64,000 nucleotides of DNA from an uncultured Gammaproteobacteria bacterium. Lineage in GTDB: Bacteria; Patescibacteriota; Microgenomatia; UBA8517. Position 1 is the first letter of the stretch. Every line of letters starts with the position of its first letter. The notes under the pieces were generated by a model that saw nothing but the letters and a program-made list of their open reading frames with translations, was not told the origin of the DNA and searched no databases. The translations under genes and the position numbers were made by a program. The stretch spans positions 9,389-73,388 of the forward strand of contig CAYSJW010000033.1 of NCBI GenBank assembly GCA_964431555.1. Reading direction: 5' to 3'. Below, in pieces: positions 10,815 through 20,571 of this stretch.

Positions 10815-11615
10815 TTATGGTTTTATACAAAAATAGCTACCAATTATAGATAATTCACTTATTGAAATATAATCTGATATAAAAGCAGAGTGAGATCCAC
10901 CATCTAAATTAATCACATCCATTAATTCAAGATCATTTTCGATATTGATTTTTTCAATTAAGTTGGGAAGTTCTTCAAGTTTCGGACCGGAAAAATTATT
11001 GGATTCATCATATATAGCCATAAATAAAACTTTATTTTTTTTAGTTAAACCGAGAACAATTCTTCTAGAATTTTCATCGTTTTTTAGCTTTATAGTTATC
11101 TTATTTCCTTTTCTTATTAATATTGGACCACTTTGTAATGAAATTCTTGGTTTGAATATAGGGTATTCTGTAATTTCTATTTTATTCTCATAGTCTATTG
11201 AAAAATAACCATTAAATAATTGATTTTCTTCATATGGGCTTAATAATTCTCCTTGACTTACAAAAAGACCTATATGTTTACCATTTTTATCATAAAAACC
11301 TCCACTAATAAGGTGAGCGCAGTTATTAAGTGTGGCTAATTCATAAGAATTTCTTTTTTCTTTTAAATTAGAATATAAGAATATTTTTGAAGGTTCATTA
11401 ACTATAATCCAATTACTTTTATAACCTGTTTTGTTAGGTGAAAAAGTGGGTGTATTTATAATTATATTTGTTGGTAAATTTGATTGTTTTTCAATTGTTT
11501 CTTGATTGTATTTTAGATAGGAATTTTTAAAATTTGTTTTATTTTTAATAAATATAGTTACAGTAATTAAAATAGATATAAATGATGTAATTACAATTAA
11601 AAGGGTTTTTTTCAT
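10815..11615 (-). CDS. Phosphodiester glycosidase (NAGPA-like) family protein, membrane-anchored
   Basis: N-terminal TM, SGGFY, QSGPIL, INLDGGSHS. Confidence 0.8.
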   Translation of the reverse strand: MKKTLLIVITSFISILITVTIFIKNKTNFKNSYLKYNQETIEKQSNLPTNIIINTPTFSPNKTGYKSNWIIVNEPSKIFLYSNLKEKRNSYELATLNNCAHLISGGFYDKNGKHIGLFVSQGELLSPYEENQLFNGYFSIDYENKIEITEYPIFKPRISLQSGPILIRKGNKITIKLKNDENSRRIVLGLTKKNKVLFMAIYDESNNFSGPKLEELPNLIEKINIENDLELMDVINLDGGSHSAFISDYISISELSIIGSYFCIKP

Positions 11616-11683
11616 TTACTATTTAATAAATTTGTTTAGGTTAGAATAAAAAAGTTAATATTATAATATATTATAATTTAGTC

Positions 11684-12751
11684 ATGACTAGGTTAACATA
11701 TGATGAATTAATTAAAAAGCACTTAAAAATATTAAAAAGTCTGCAATATAAAACAGGACTTTTTGCTGCATCAAAAAAAACAGTAAAAACAGGTTATGAT
11801 AAAAGTTGGTTAAGAGATAATTTTTATGAAACGATTGCTTTCGAAATAATAGGAGATTGGAAAACAGTTGAAAGAACCTATAATGCAATTTTGAAGATAT
11901 TTTTAAAATATGAATATAAAATTGACCAGGCAATAAAAGAAAAACCTGTTGAATCATTTAAAAGAATTCACGCAAGATTTAATCCTGAAACATTTGAAGA
12001 GTTTTGGGAGGAATGGGGTAACAAACAAAATGATGCTATAGGATGTATTTTATTTAGAGTCGGAGAACTTGAATATAATCAAAAAAGGTGCATCTTGAAA
12101 ACAAAAGATCATATAAGAATTATTAATAAACTTGTTCAGTATCTTCAGGCTATTGAATATTGGCATGATAAGGATTCTGGTATGTGGGAGGAGGATGAAG
12201 AATTGCACGCTTCATCTGTTGGAGCTTGTGTAGCAGGATTAAAATCTGTTTCAAGGTTATCAAGTATAGCTGTTCCAATATATTTGATTAAAAAAGGTGA
12301 AAATGCACTTAAAACATTACTTCCTCGCGAATCTGAAAAAAAATTCGTTGATTTATCTCTTTTGTCTTTAATATGGCCTTATAATGTTGTTAATGAAGAG
12401 CAAAGAAACCAGATTCTAAACAATGTTGAATATCATCTTTTAAGAGAGAGGGGTGCTATAAGATATAAGGGTGATAGATATTACAATAAGAATATCGATC
12501 ATGTATCTGAAGAAGCTGAATGGACTTTTGGATTATCATGGCTTGCTATTATCTATGAAAAAATGGGAAATATGGAAAAGGCTAAAGAACTCATAAAAGA
12601 CTTAATAGCTGTTGACACTCCCGAAGGAATGCCTGAACTCTATTTTTCAAATTCTCCTGAATATAATGAAAATACTCCCTTAGGTTGGAGTGAGTCACTT
12701 TTTATTGTTGCGTTATATGAAATGAATCAAAGAATAGAAAATATAAAGTAA
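11684..12751 (+). CDS. Glycoside hydrolase family 15-like protein (phosphorylase kinase alpha/beta-like subgroup)
   Basis: WLRDN, DSGMWEE, HASSVG, LLPRES, IRYKGDRY, MPELY, PLGWSES. Confidence 0.8.
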   Translation: MTRLTYDELIKKHLKILKSLQYKTGLFAASKKTVKTGYDKSWLRDNFYETIAFEIIGDWKTVERTYNAILKIFLKYEYKIDQAIKEKPVESFKRIHARFNPETFEEFWEEWGNKQNDAIGCILFRVGELEYNQKRCILKTKDHIRIINKLVQYLQAIEYWHDKDSGMWEEDEELHASSVGACVAGLKSVSRLSSIAVPIYLIKKGENALKTLLPRESEKKFVDLSLLSLIWPYNVVNEEQRNQILNNVEYHLLRERGAIRYKGDRYYNKNIDHVSEEAEWTFGLSWLAIIYEKMGNMEKAKELIKDLIAVDTPEGMPELYFSNSPEYNENTPLGWSESLFIVALYEMNQRIENIK

Positions 12752-12783
12752 TAATAAATTTACTAAAATATTTTTTATTTTCT

Positions 12784-13149
12784 TCAAAGAGAATATTTAT
12801 TAACTTTTTCTACAATTTCTTCTAAATCAGTATTCGATTTTATTAAACAATCAATAGCTCCTAATTTTTTAGCTTCTTCTTTTTCGGTATCTAAATTGGT
12901 AAAAACCAAAATGGGAATATTTTTTATATAGTTTAATGATTTAATGTGTTTTAAAAATTCTAACCCGTTCATTTTTCCCGGTAGCATAATATCAAGAAGG
13001 ATTAGAGAAATTTTTGTGTTTTTAAGGATTGTTAGAGCCTGTTGAGAATCTAAAGCAAGGAAAACGATAAATCCTTTATTTCCAAGTTTTTCAGAATAAA
13101 TTCTTTGAAGATTAAGATCATCTTCTACAATCAAAATATTTTTTGACAT
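12784..13149 (-). CDS. Single-domain response regulator
   Basis: ILIVEDD, LILLDIMLP, conserved T and K of receiver domain. Confidence 0.9.
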   Translation of the reverse strand: MSKNILIVEDDLNLQRIYSEKLGNKGFIVFLALDSQQALTILKNTKISLILLDIMLPGKMNGLEFLKHIKSLNYIKNIPILVFTNLDTEKEEAKKLGAIDCLIKSNTDLEEIVEKVNKYSL

Positions 13150-13235
13150 TTATAGTTTAAATATATAATTGTATATATAATTTTTCAATAATTTAATAAT
13201 TGATGATAAAATTTTAAAATTGTAATATAAATATA

Positions 13236-13610
13236 ATGAGAGAAAAATTTATAGGATACATATTATTAATTTTAGGGATCTCTGTTATTTTTTTCAGCAT
13301 ATTTAATGTTTATTTTCTTTTTTCAAAAAAGATTAAGCCGTTTGAAGTTTTCGATCTTCCTGCCATTACTCTTGATTTAAGTGGATTAATGCAGTCAAAT
13401 ATCCAAGAAAGTCAATTACCTCCTGAAGCAAACTTGAATACGGAGTTGGTGAAAAAGGAAATATTAAATGATCCCTTAAATTTAATTGCTAACATTATTT
13501 TATATGGTTTTTTTGTAAATTCTGGTTTTAAAATAGCCTCACTCGGAATACTACTTTTACGGCCTATTAAAGTTGATATAAAAGAAGATAAATCATTTTT
13601 AACTAAATAA
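13236..13610 (+). CDS. Two-TM hypothetical membrane protein
   Basis: Two hydrophobic helices, C-terminal LLRPIKV. Confidence 0.65.
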   Translation: MREKFIGYILLILGISVIFFSIFNVYFLFSKKIKPFEVFDLPAITLDLSGLMQSNIQESQLPPEANLNTELVKKEILNDPLNLIANIILYGFFVNSGFKIASLGILLLRPIKVDIKEDKSFLTK

Positions 13611-13740
13611 TGTCTTAAATAAATCTTGTGATCTTTTTGAGCGGGCAATAATTTATTCCTAATATTTATCTAATTATTGAAAAATTATCTTTTGATTATG
13701 ATTAGAGTTCAAGAAATGAGATTTAATTTTATAATTTATT

Positions 13741-14655
13741 TTAGAGATCTCTAACTTCTTTCGTTTGAAGATCAATTTCACACTCATATATGTTATCTGT
13801 AGTTGCAGCTCCTAATATATTCTCATATTTACATATAAGTTTACTCTTATCAGCTGAAAAACCAACAATTTCGTATCTTCTGAGTTGACCTGATGGAACA
13901 AAATTACTAGTTAAATCATTTTCTTTTGAATTTTCTATATCATATTCAAAGATATTTATAGGTGTAGTTTTTGCTGCAGTATTTATGTAATATATATATT
14001 TACTGTCGTTAGACCAAAGACAATTTTGTCTGTTAGTTGAAACTTTTTTTACATTCTGTCCATCAATATCTGCTAAATATAAGGCTGGTTCTGGTGAAGG
14101 AGACCAAGATTCAAAGCAAATATTTTTCTCATCAGGAGAAACTATTACCTTTAAAAATCCTGTAATTCCTGTGGAAGGATAGTTAGATTTGTCAATTAAT
14201 ATTGTAGTTTGACCATCAGGTTTTTCCATAACAACATTACCGTTTTTTATTTTTATCCAGGATGGAGTGAATTTGGGAGTCGGTGATACTTCTGGATATG
14301 TAAAGTTTGAATTGTTATTAATACTTTTTGTTTTCAATTTTTTGTTTTGAAAATACATGTAAAATACACTTCCCCAGATAATAGTAATTAAAACTAACCC
14401 CAATATTATAAAGATTTTAAAACCTCTACCGTTAACTTGGGTTTTATGAGGACCAACAATCATATCTGAGGTAATTTCATTTGGTTTTGGTGCAATAATA
14501 TCTTCTTTTTCAGCATTCATAATATTATTGTTAAGATTTTTTTCAATTAATGGGTTTAAATTATTCTTTGACTCGTTTGGATTTGTAGAATTTTGGCTAT
14601 TTTCTGAAAGCCAATCAGAATTATTATTCATATCTTTTTTTGTTTCTGGGTCCAT
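13741..14655 (-). CDS. Single-pass membrane protein with TolB/beta-propeller-like C-terminal repeats
   Basis: Low-complexity N-terminus, TM, SPD/WSND/FSAD repeats. Confidence 0.65.
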   Translation of the reverse strand: MDPETKKDMNNNSDWLSENSQNSTNPNESKNNLNPLIEKNLNNNIMNAEKEDIIAPKPNEITSDMIVGPHKTQVNGRGFKIFIILGLVLITIIWGSVFYMYFQNKKLKTKSINNNSNFTYPEVSPTPKFTPSWIKIKNGNVVMEKPDGQTTILIDKSNYPSTGITGFLKVIVSPDEKNICFESWSPSPEPALYLADIDGQNVKKVSTNRQNCLWSNDSKYIYYINTAAKTTPINIFEYDIENSKENDLTSNFVPSGQLRRYEIVGFSADKSKLICKYENILGAATTDNIYECEIDLQTKEVRDL

Positions 14656-14730
14656 TATTATTCAATATATAATAATTGCAACATTTAAGTAAATAAGCAG
14701 GTTTATTGTTTTAGTTGTATAATAAATAAA

Positions 14731-15462
14731 ATGGATAATCTTATTGAATTTCTAAAAAATCTTAAAAATAAAAAAATGCTTCTTATCTTTCCTCATCCAG
14801 ACGACGAAGCTTATGTATCGGGAGGATTACTTCAAGTTGCTCAAGAACTTTCCATACACACTAAATTAATATGTTTAACTAAAGGTGGGAGGGGTTTACT
14901 ACCCAAGAATAGAATAAAAGCGAAATTAATAAAAGATATTAGAATAAAGGAGTTAGAAAGGGCCTGTGAAATTTTGGGAGTAGATGAAAAAACCGTCTGG
15001 GATTATCCCGACGGAGGACTTTATTCAGAAGTAAATAAATGGCTTCCCGAATTAAAGAAAGAAATAGATAAATTTGAACCTTCAATTTTGGTAACTTTTG
15101 ATCCAAGCGGAATTACAGGTCATCCTGATCACCTTGTTGTGAATCATAAGGTAACAGAATATATTTTTTCATTAGATAAAAGGCCGATTCTGTTTCTTAG
15201 AGTTCCTGATAAGCAAGAGTATGGATTTTTTAAAAATAATAAACAATTAAGCATTGCATCAAAACCTACTCATGAATTAAATTATTCCTTTAAGATTTCA
15301 ATAAACAAAATTAAAGCAATTCTTGCTCATAAAAGTCAAATAAAAAGTTTATTTTTCAAATTGCACATTTTTGAATGGTTGTTATTTGATCATAAAGAAC
15401 TTTATCATCTTGTTGACTATGATAATGAAAAACATATACAATTTGATTTTGTAAAATGTTAG
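14731..15462 (+). CDS. PIG-L/LmbE family deacetylase
   Basis: PHPDDE, GHPDH, AHKSQ. Confidence 0.9.
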   Translation: MDNLIEFLKNLKNKKMLLIFPHPDDEAYVSGGLLQVAQELSIHTKLICLTKGGRGLLPKNRIKAKLIKDIRIKELERACEILGVDEKTVWDYPDGGLYSEVNKWLPELKKEIDKFEPSILVTFDPSGITGHPDHLVVNHKVTEYIFSLDKRPILFLRVPDKQEYGFFKNNKQLSIASKPTHELNYSFKISINKIKAILAHKSQIKSLFFKLHIFEWLLFDHKELYHLVDYDNEKHIQFDFVKC

Positions 15463-15677
15463 AAAATATTAAGCTTTTTGCTATCTTATTTTTTATTTCC
15501 ATGGCTTTTATATTTGCACTACAAAAAAAAGGTGGTAATCCGATAATTATACCCGGCGATATATACATAAGAAAAAACCAAAAATATATTTATATCCCAA
15601 TTAGTTCTACTTTTTTGCTAACATTAATAATTTATATAATTCTTAGTTCGTTAAAAAGAAAATTTGGTTTATATTAA
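15456..15677 (+). CDS. DUF2905-like small membrane protein
   Basis: TM-IPGDIYI..YIPISS-TM pattern. Confidence 0.75.
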   Translation: MLENIKLFAILFFISMAFIFALQKKGGNPIIIPGDIYIRKNQKYIYIPISSTFLLTLIIYIILSSLKRKFGLY

Positions 15678-15680
15678 CTT

Positions 15681-16301
15681 ATGAAATTTAATCTACCAAA
15701 ACTTCCATATAAATATAACGCTCTTGAACCCTATATTGATGAACAGACTATGATAATACATCATACAAAACATCACAAAACGTATCTTGACAATCTAAAT
15801 AATCTAATTGAGAAGGAAAATATAAGGTTCAGAACTGTAGAAGATATTCTAAAAAATATAGATAAAATAAATCCTTCAATAAGGCAGGGAGTAATAAATA
15901 ACGGTGGCGGGCATGCAAACCATTGTTTATATTGGAAAATTATGTCTCCAAAAAAAACAATTTTGGAAGGATCATTAAAAGAAGCTATAGATAATACATT
16001 TGGCTCACTATCAAATTTTAAACAAAAATTTATAGAAAAATCTTTAAATCTTTTTGGTAGTGGTTGGGTATTTTTGATTTCAGATAAAAATGGAAAAATT
16101 TCATTAAAAAGGCACTCTTTTCAGAATTCTCCTTTATCAAAAGGTTTCTATCCAATCATAACTATTGACCTTTGGGAACACGCATATTACTTAAAGTATC
16201 AAAATAGAAAAGCGGACTACATCAACGCTTGGATTAATGTTATAAACTGGGAGGAAGCGAGAAAAAATTACGAAAGTGTTATTCACTCAAAAATTAAATG
16301 A
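15681..16301 (+). CDS. sod: Fe/Mn superoxide dismutase
   Basis: LPYKYNALEP, HHTKHH, NNGGGHANH, DLWEHAYY. Confidence 0.96.
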   Translation: MKFNLPKLPYKYNALEPYIDEQTMIIHHTKHHKTYLDNLNNLIEKENIRFRTVEDILKNIDKINPSIRQGVINNGGGHANHCLYWKIMSPKKTILEGSLKEAIDNTFGSLSNFKQKFIEKSLNLFGSGWVFLISDKNGKISLKRHSFQNSPLSKGFYPIITIDLWEHAYYLKYQNRKADYINAWINVINWEEARKNYESVIHSKIK

Positions 16302-17056
16302 TTAGTATTGTTATGGCCAAAAACAGGAAGGTAAATAAAAAAAATTTAGAAAAGAATTTAAAAAAAATAGGTAGTTCTTTAAATAAAAATGGTAATTTAT
16401 TAAAAAAATCTAAAAATAAGAGAGACAAAAATTTACCATTATTCAAAAAAATAGAGAACTTAATTCAGGATTTTAAAAGATTAAGATTTTTTAAATTAAT
16501 CTTTTTGTTAATGTTGCTTTTGGTATTTATATATTTTGGGAGAAGTATATTGTTTGCCGCAATAGTAAATGGTAAACCAATTTTAAGATTAAAATTAATT
16601 AATGAACTTGAAAAACAAGCAGGTCAAAAAGTTTTGGACACTTTAATAACGAAAAAGTTGATTGAAGATGAAGCTAAAAAAAGAGGTGTAAATGTTAGTG
16701 ATGTTGACATAAGTAATGAAATAGAAAAAATAAAGAACGCTTTAAAAGAACAAGGAATAAATTTAGACGATGCATTAGCCATGCAAGGTATGAACTACGA
16801 CTCGCTAAACGATAATATAAAAATGCAATTAATTATTGAACGTTTAATATCTGATAATATAAACATTAACGATAACGAAATTAAGGATTATTATGAAAAA
16901 AACAAATCATTTTATAATGAAAGTGTTAAGTTTGATGATATTAAAGATCAAATCAAAGATCAAATTTTTCAAGATAAACTACCTGAAGAATATCAAAAAC
17001 TTATAGAAAGATTGAGAAATGAGGGAAGTATTATTTATTTTATGAATTTTCAATAA
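16298..17056 (+). CDS. SurA/PrsA N-terminal-domain chaperone-like membrane protein without a PPIase domain
   Basis: TM, then AIVNGKPI, LIEDEAKKRGV, EIKDYYEKNK. Confidence 0.75.
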   Translation: MISIVMAKNRKVNKKNLEKNLKKIGSSLNKNGNLLKKSKNKRDKNLPLFKKIENLIQDFKRLRFFKLIFLLMLLLVFIYFGRSILFAAIVNGKPILRLKLINELEKQAGQKVLDTLITKKLIEDEAKKRGVNVSDVDISNEIEKIKNALKEQGINLDDALAMQGMNYDSLNDNIKMQLIIERLISDNININDNEIKDYYEKNKSFYNESVKFDDIKDQIKDQIFQDKLPEEYQKLIERLRNEGSIIYFMNFQ

Positions 17057-17138
17057 ATTCTTCAAAATAGAACTTCTTTATTTTAATAATTAAATTGTAT
17101 TTCAGTGAATAAACATAAAAACCATGTATAATAAAAGT

Positions 17139-17639
17139 ATGAGAATAATGGGAATTGACCCCGGAACAGCTACAACAGGTTATGGGATAGTTGATATTAA
17201 AAAATCATCCGAACCTCAAGTTATTGAATGGGGTCTTATTGAAACAGAAAAAAACGGCGATATTGAAAAAAGACTAAATATTATTTATAAAGTTGCAAGT
17301 AAGTTAATTAAAAATATTAAGCCTGACATATTTGTTATGGAAAAAGTATTTTTTGCAACTAACGCAAAAACAGTTATATCTGTAGGTCAAGCACAAGGGG
17401 TTTTACTTCTCGCTGCTTCGAAAGCGAAAATTAAGGTAATTGAATATGCTCCTGGTACTATAAAGAAAACTATTACTGGTGATGGAAGAGCTAAGAAAAA
17501 AGATATTCAAAAATCTCTTAGAAAAATGCTCGGTAATCATGTAAGAAGTAAAAAACATCAAAAAACCCATTTTGATGACGCTGCAGATGCGATAGCCGTT
17601 GCACTAACACATGCAATATTATCAATAAACAGAAAATAA
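17139..17639 (+). CDS. ruvC: Holliday junction resolvase RuvC
   Basis: MRIMGIDPG, MEKVFF, DDAADAIAVA; start set at ATG 17139 behind a TATAAT. Confidence 0.95.
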   Translation: MRIMGIDPGTATTGYGIVDIKKSSEPQVIEWGLIETEKNGDIEKRLNIIYKVASKLIKNIKPDIFVMEKVFFATNAKTVISVGQAQGVLLLAASKAKIKVIEYAPGTIKKTITGDGRAKKKDIQKSLRKMLGNHVRSKKHQKTHFDDAADAIAVALTHAILSINRK

Positions 17640-17738
17640 ATATATTAAATGTTAATTTTAATATTCTTATAATAAAATTTTAAAATTTTTAATTTAATTT
17701 AATATAATATAAGGAAGACACGTTTTAAACTATCTTAT

Positions 17739-17749
17739 AAAGGAGGTGA
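17739..17749 (+). promoter_or_regulatory. Strong Shine-Dalgarno sequence AAAGGAGGTGA
   Basis: Full anti-SD complement 5 nt upstream of ATG 17755. Confidence 0.8.
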
Positions 17750-17754
17750 ATAAA

Positions 17755-18009
17755 ATGACTGATTTTAAGATAGGAAAGGTAACACACTATTATGATAAAA
17801 TTGGAGTCGCAGTTGTAGAACTTGATTCAGAAATTAGTGTGGGTGACAAAATAAAATTTGTAAGAGGTGATGAAGATCTTTTTGAACAAGAAGTTAGTTC
17901 AATGCAGGTTGAGCATAATCAAATAGAAAAAGCGAAAAAAGGTGATATTGTAGGATTAAAAACAGATCAACCTGTTAAAGAAGGTGCCGAAATATATAAG
18001 ATCACGTAA
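17755..18009 (+). CDS. Small beta-barrel protein (translation elongation factor-like / U32 C-terminal-like)
   Basis: IGKVTHYYDKIGVAVV, AKKGDIVGLK; the ORF-track GTG start is inside the SD. Confidence 0.75.
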   Translation: MTDFKIGKVTHYYDKIGVAVVELDSEISVGDKIKFVRGDEDLFEQEVSSMQVEHNQIEKAKKGDIVGLKTDQPVKEGAEIYKIT

Positions 18010-18052
18010 TTTTTTTGGGATATACTACTTAAATATTTAGTTTTTAAATTTA

Positions 18053-18466
18053 ATGTTACGTAAAGATTGTGAAAAAAATATTAAGTGGGAAAAATCTACA
18101 GATGTAAAGAATAGGGTTGAAAAATTAATAAAAGTTTTAAATTTTAATTGGATAAAAACTGCCAACCTTCATTTTGTCAAATCAAAAAATGCAAATACTC
18201 AAGCTTATGCAAGAATTTGGGGATTACCTAAACTTTGGCAATTAATTTTAAAAGAAAAACCTAATTACATTATTGAGGTAATCAGTGAAAAGTTCGATAA
18301 ACTTAGTGAAAAAGAAAAAGATAGAGTATTAATACATGAATTAGCCCATATACCAAAAAATTTTTCCGGCAGTCTACTTAGTCATATTAAGAAAAAGGGC
18401 AAAAGGAATTTTAATGATAAAGTAAATAAATATATTAAGATGTATTTTAAGCAAAAAAAATTTTAA
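18053..18466 (+). CDS. Putative metallopeptidase (archaeal-type family)
   Basis: AYARIWGLP, YIIEVISEKF, HELAHIP zinc motif. Confidence 0.75.
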   Translation: MLRKDCEKNIKWEKSTDVKNRVEKLIKVLNFNWIKTANLHFVKSKNANTQAYARIWGLPKLWQLILKEKPNYIIEVISEKFDKLSEKEKDRVLIHELAHIPKNFSGSLLSHIKKKGKRNFNDKVNKYIKMYFKQKKF

Positions 18467-18478
18467 AATATTTATTTT

Positions 18479-19153
18479 ATGAATACCTATCTTATACATG
18501 GTGACCACGTTGTAAAATCAAATTCAAAATTAATAAGTTTTATAAATTTGTTCAGAAAAAAAAATATAGATATACAATTTATTGATGATTATTTACCTAA
18601 CATTAAAGAAATAGTTCTTAATCTATCACTTTTTTCAGAAAATAAATTAATTATTATTAAAAACAATAAATATCTAAATAAAAGTTTCCTTTCATGGCTA
18701 AATAAATGTATTGAACTAAAGAATGTTTATGTATTAATGTTTTATGAAACGACGATTTCTCCAAAAAAGTTAAAAAAGTTTCCAAAAAATACAAAAATCA
18801 TGGAATTTAAATTACCAAGATATATCTGGAATTTTTTGAACTCATTTTTTCCAGGCAATCTAAAAAATACATATAGGTTTTTTCTTGAGACATTGAAATA
18901 TGAACCTATAGAAATTATTTTTTCAATGTTGTCGAGGCATCTCAGAGACATATATTGGGCGAAATTTGAACCAGAGTCAATGTATTATCCCTCATGGAGA
19001 ATAGCTAAACTAAAGAATTTAGCTATAAAATATAATAAAGATACCCTTGAATCTTTAATTAATGACATGATCTTGGCTGATATTAATTCAAAAACATCAA
19101 AAGCTGAATTATCTAACTCACTTGATTTTATTATGATAAAGTATTTAGAATAA
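18479..19153 (+). CDS. Divergent DNA polymerase III delta subunit-like protein
   Basis: YLIHGD start, SLFSENKLIII, LADINSKTS C-terminus typical of HolA; shortened. Confidence 0.65.
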   Translation: MNTYLIHGDHVVKSNSKLISFINLFRKKNIDIQFIDDYLPNIKEIVLNLSLFSENKLIIIKNNKYLNKSFLSWLNKCIELKNVYVLMFYETTISPKKLKKFPKNTKIMEFKLPRYIWNFLNSFFPGNLKNTYRFFLETLKYEPIEIIFSMLSRHLRDIYWAKFEPESMYYPSWRIAKLKNLAIKYNKDTLESLINDMILADINSKTSKAELSNSLDFIMIKYLE

Positions 19154-19164
19154 AATTCCATTAT

Positions 19165-20520
19165 ATGATTGTAGATACTACAATATTTAAAGGCTATGAT
19201 ATCCGAGGGGTATATCCTGAATCGATCAATGAAGAAATTGCTTATAAAATAGGATATGCCTATGCTTCTTTAAATAAGCCAAAAAAAGAAGTATTAGTTG
19301 GCCACGATGTAAGAATTCACTCAAAATCTTTAAAAGATCAAATAGTAAAAGGCTTAACTGATGCAGGAGCTAGTGTAATAGATGTAGGATGGATTTCAAC
19401 TGATATGTTGTATTTTGGAGTGGGTTATTATAAAACTGATGGTGGAATTGCTGTTACTGCTTCTCATAATCCTCCGGAATGGCATGGAGCAAAAATGGTT
19501 AAAGCAAATGTTATTCCAATGACACTGGAAACTGGAATAGGAGATATCAGAGATTTTATAGTAAAATATAAAAAGTACTCGATAGTTAAAAAGGGTTCTG
19601 TAAGAAGGTACAGCAATATATTAGATGATTATTCAAAATACATTTTATCATGGATTAATCCAAATAAGATTAAACCATTTAGAATTGTCATAAATCCAAA
19701 TTTCGGTTATGGAGGATTGATTTTTAAAAATATAGTTAAACTAGGAAATTTACCTCTAGAGATAATTGAATTAAATTGCGAACCTGATGGAAATTTTCCG
19801 AAAGGAAGACCTGATCCTTTTATTCCAGAAAATAGGATTGAATTTTCCCACCTAGTTAAATCTTCAAATGCTGATTTGGGAATTACTTGGGATGCGGATT
19901 CTGATAGAGTATTTTTCTGCGCTGATGGTGGTTTATTTGTAGTACCATATCATTTAAATACTCTTCTTATAGAATATATGCTTAAGAAGAATAAAGGTAG
20001 AAAAGTAATTTATGATATTAGATATACATGGGGGTTATTAGATTCTATAAAAAAATACGGTGGTAAACCTGTAATGTGTCGAGTTGGTCACTCGTATATA
20101 AAGGAGAAAATGAGAGAGGTAAACGCGCTTTTTGCTGTTGAGTCAAGTGGTCATACATATTACAGGGATTATTGGTATTCAGATTGTGGAATGATACCTC
20201 CTTTACAAATTTTGGAATATCTTTCTGAGAAAAGTGAAAAACTTTCAAAAATTATTAAGCCAGTTATAATAAAATATCCAATATACGATGAAGTAAATTC
20301 TGAAGTAAAAGATAAAGAAGCGAAAATTGAGGAAATTGCCAAAAAATATAAAGGTGGAAAACAATCAAGACTTGATGGAATTTGTGTAGAATACGATGAT
20401 TTTAGATTTGTAGTAAGACCTTCCAATACAGAATCTTTGTTAAGATTAACTCTGGAAGCTAAAAATGAAAAAATAGTTAAAGAAAAAGTTGATGAATTAT
20501 TGAAAATAATAAGATCATAA
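19165..20520 (+). CDS. Phosphomannomutase/phosphoglucomutase
   Basis: IFKGYDIRG, TASHNP, DADSDR, RPSNTE. Confidence 0.93.
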   Translation: MIVDTTIFKGYDIRGVYPESINEEIAYKIGYAYASLNKPKKEVLVGHDVRIHSKSLKDQIVKGLTDAGASVIDVGWISTDMLYFGVGYYKTDGGIAVTASHNPPEWHGAKMVKANVIPMTLETGIGDIRDFIVKYKKYSIVKKGSVRRYSNILDDYSKYILSWINPNKIKPFRIVINPNFGYGGLIFKNIVKLGNLPLEIIELNCEPDGNFPKGRPDPFIPENRIEFSHLVKSSNADLGITWDADSDRVFFCADGGLFVVPYHLNTLLIEYMLKKNKGRKVIYDIRYTWGLLDSIKKYGGKPVMCRVGHSYIKEKMREVNALFAVESSGHTYYRDYWYSDCGMIPPLQILEYLSEKSEKLSKIIKPVIIKYPIYDEVNSEVKDKEAKIEEIAKKYKGGKQSRLDGICVEYDDFRFVVRPSNTESLLRLTLEAKNEKIVKEKVDELLKIIRS

Positions 20521-20571
20521 ATTAATTTAGTTTTGTTATTATTTAGAAGTTTATAGATTTAAAATTTAAAA

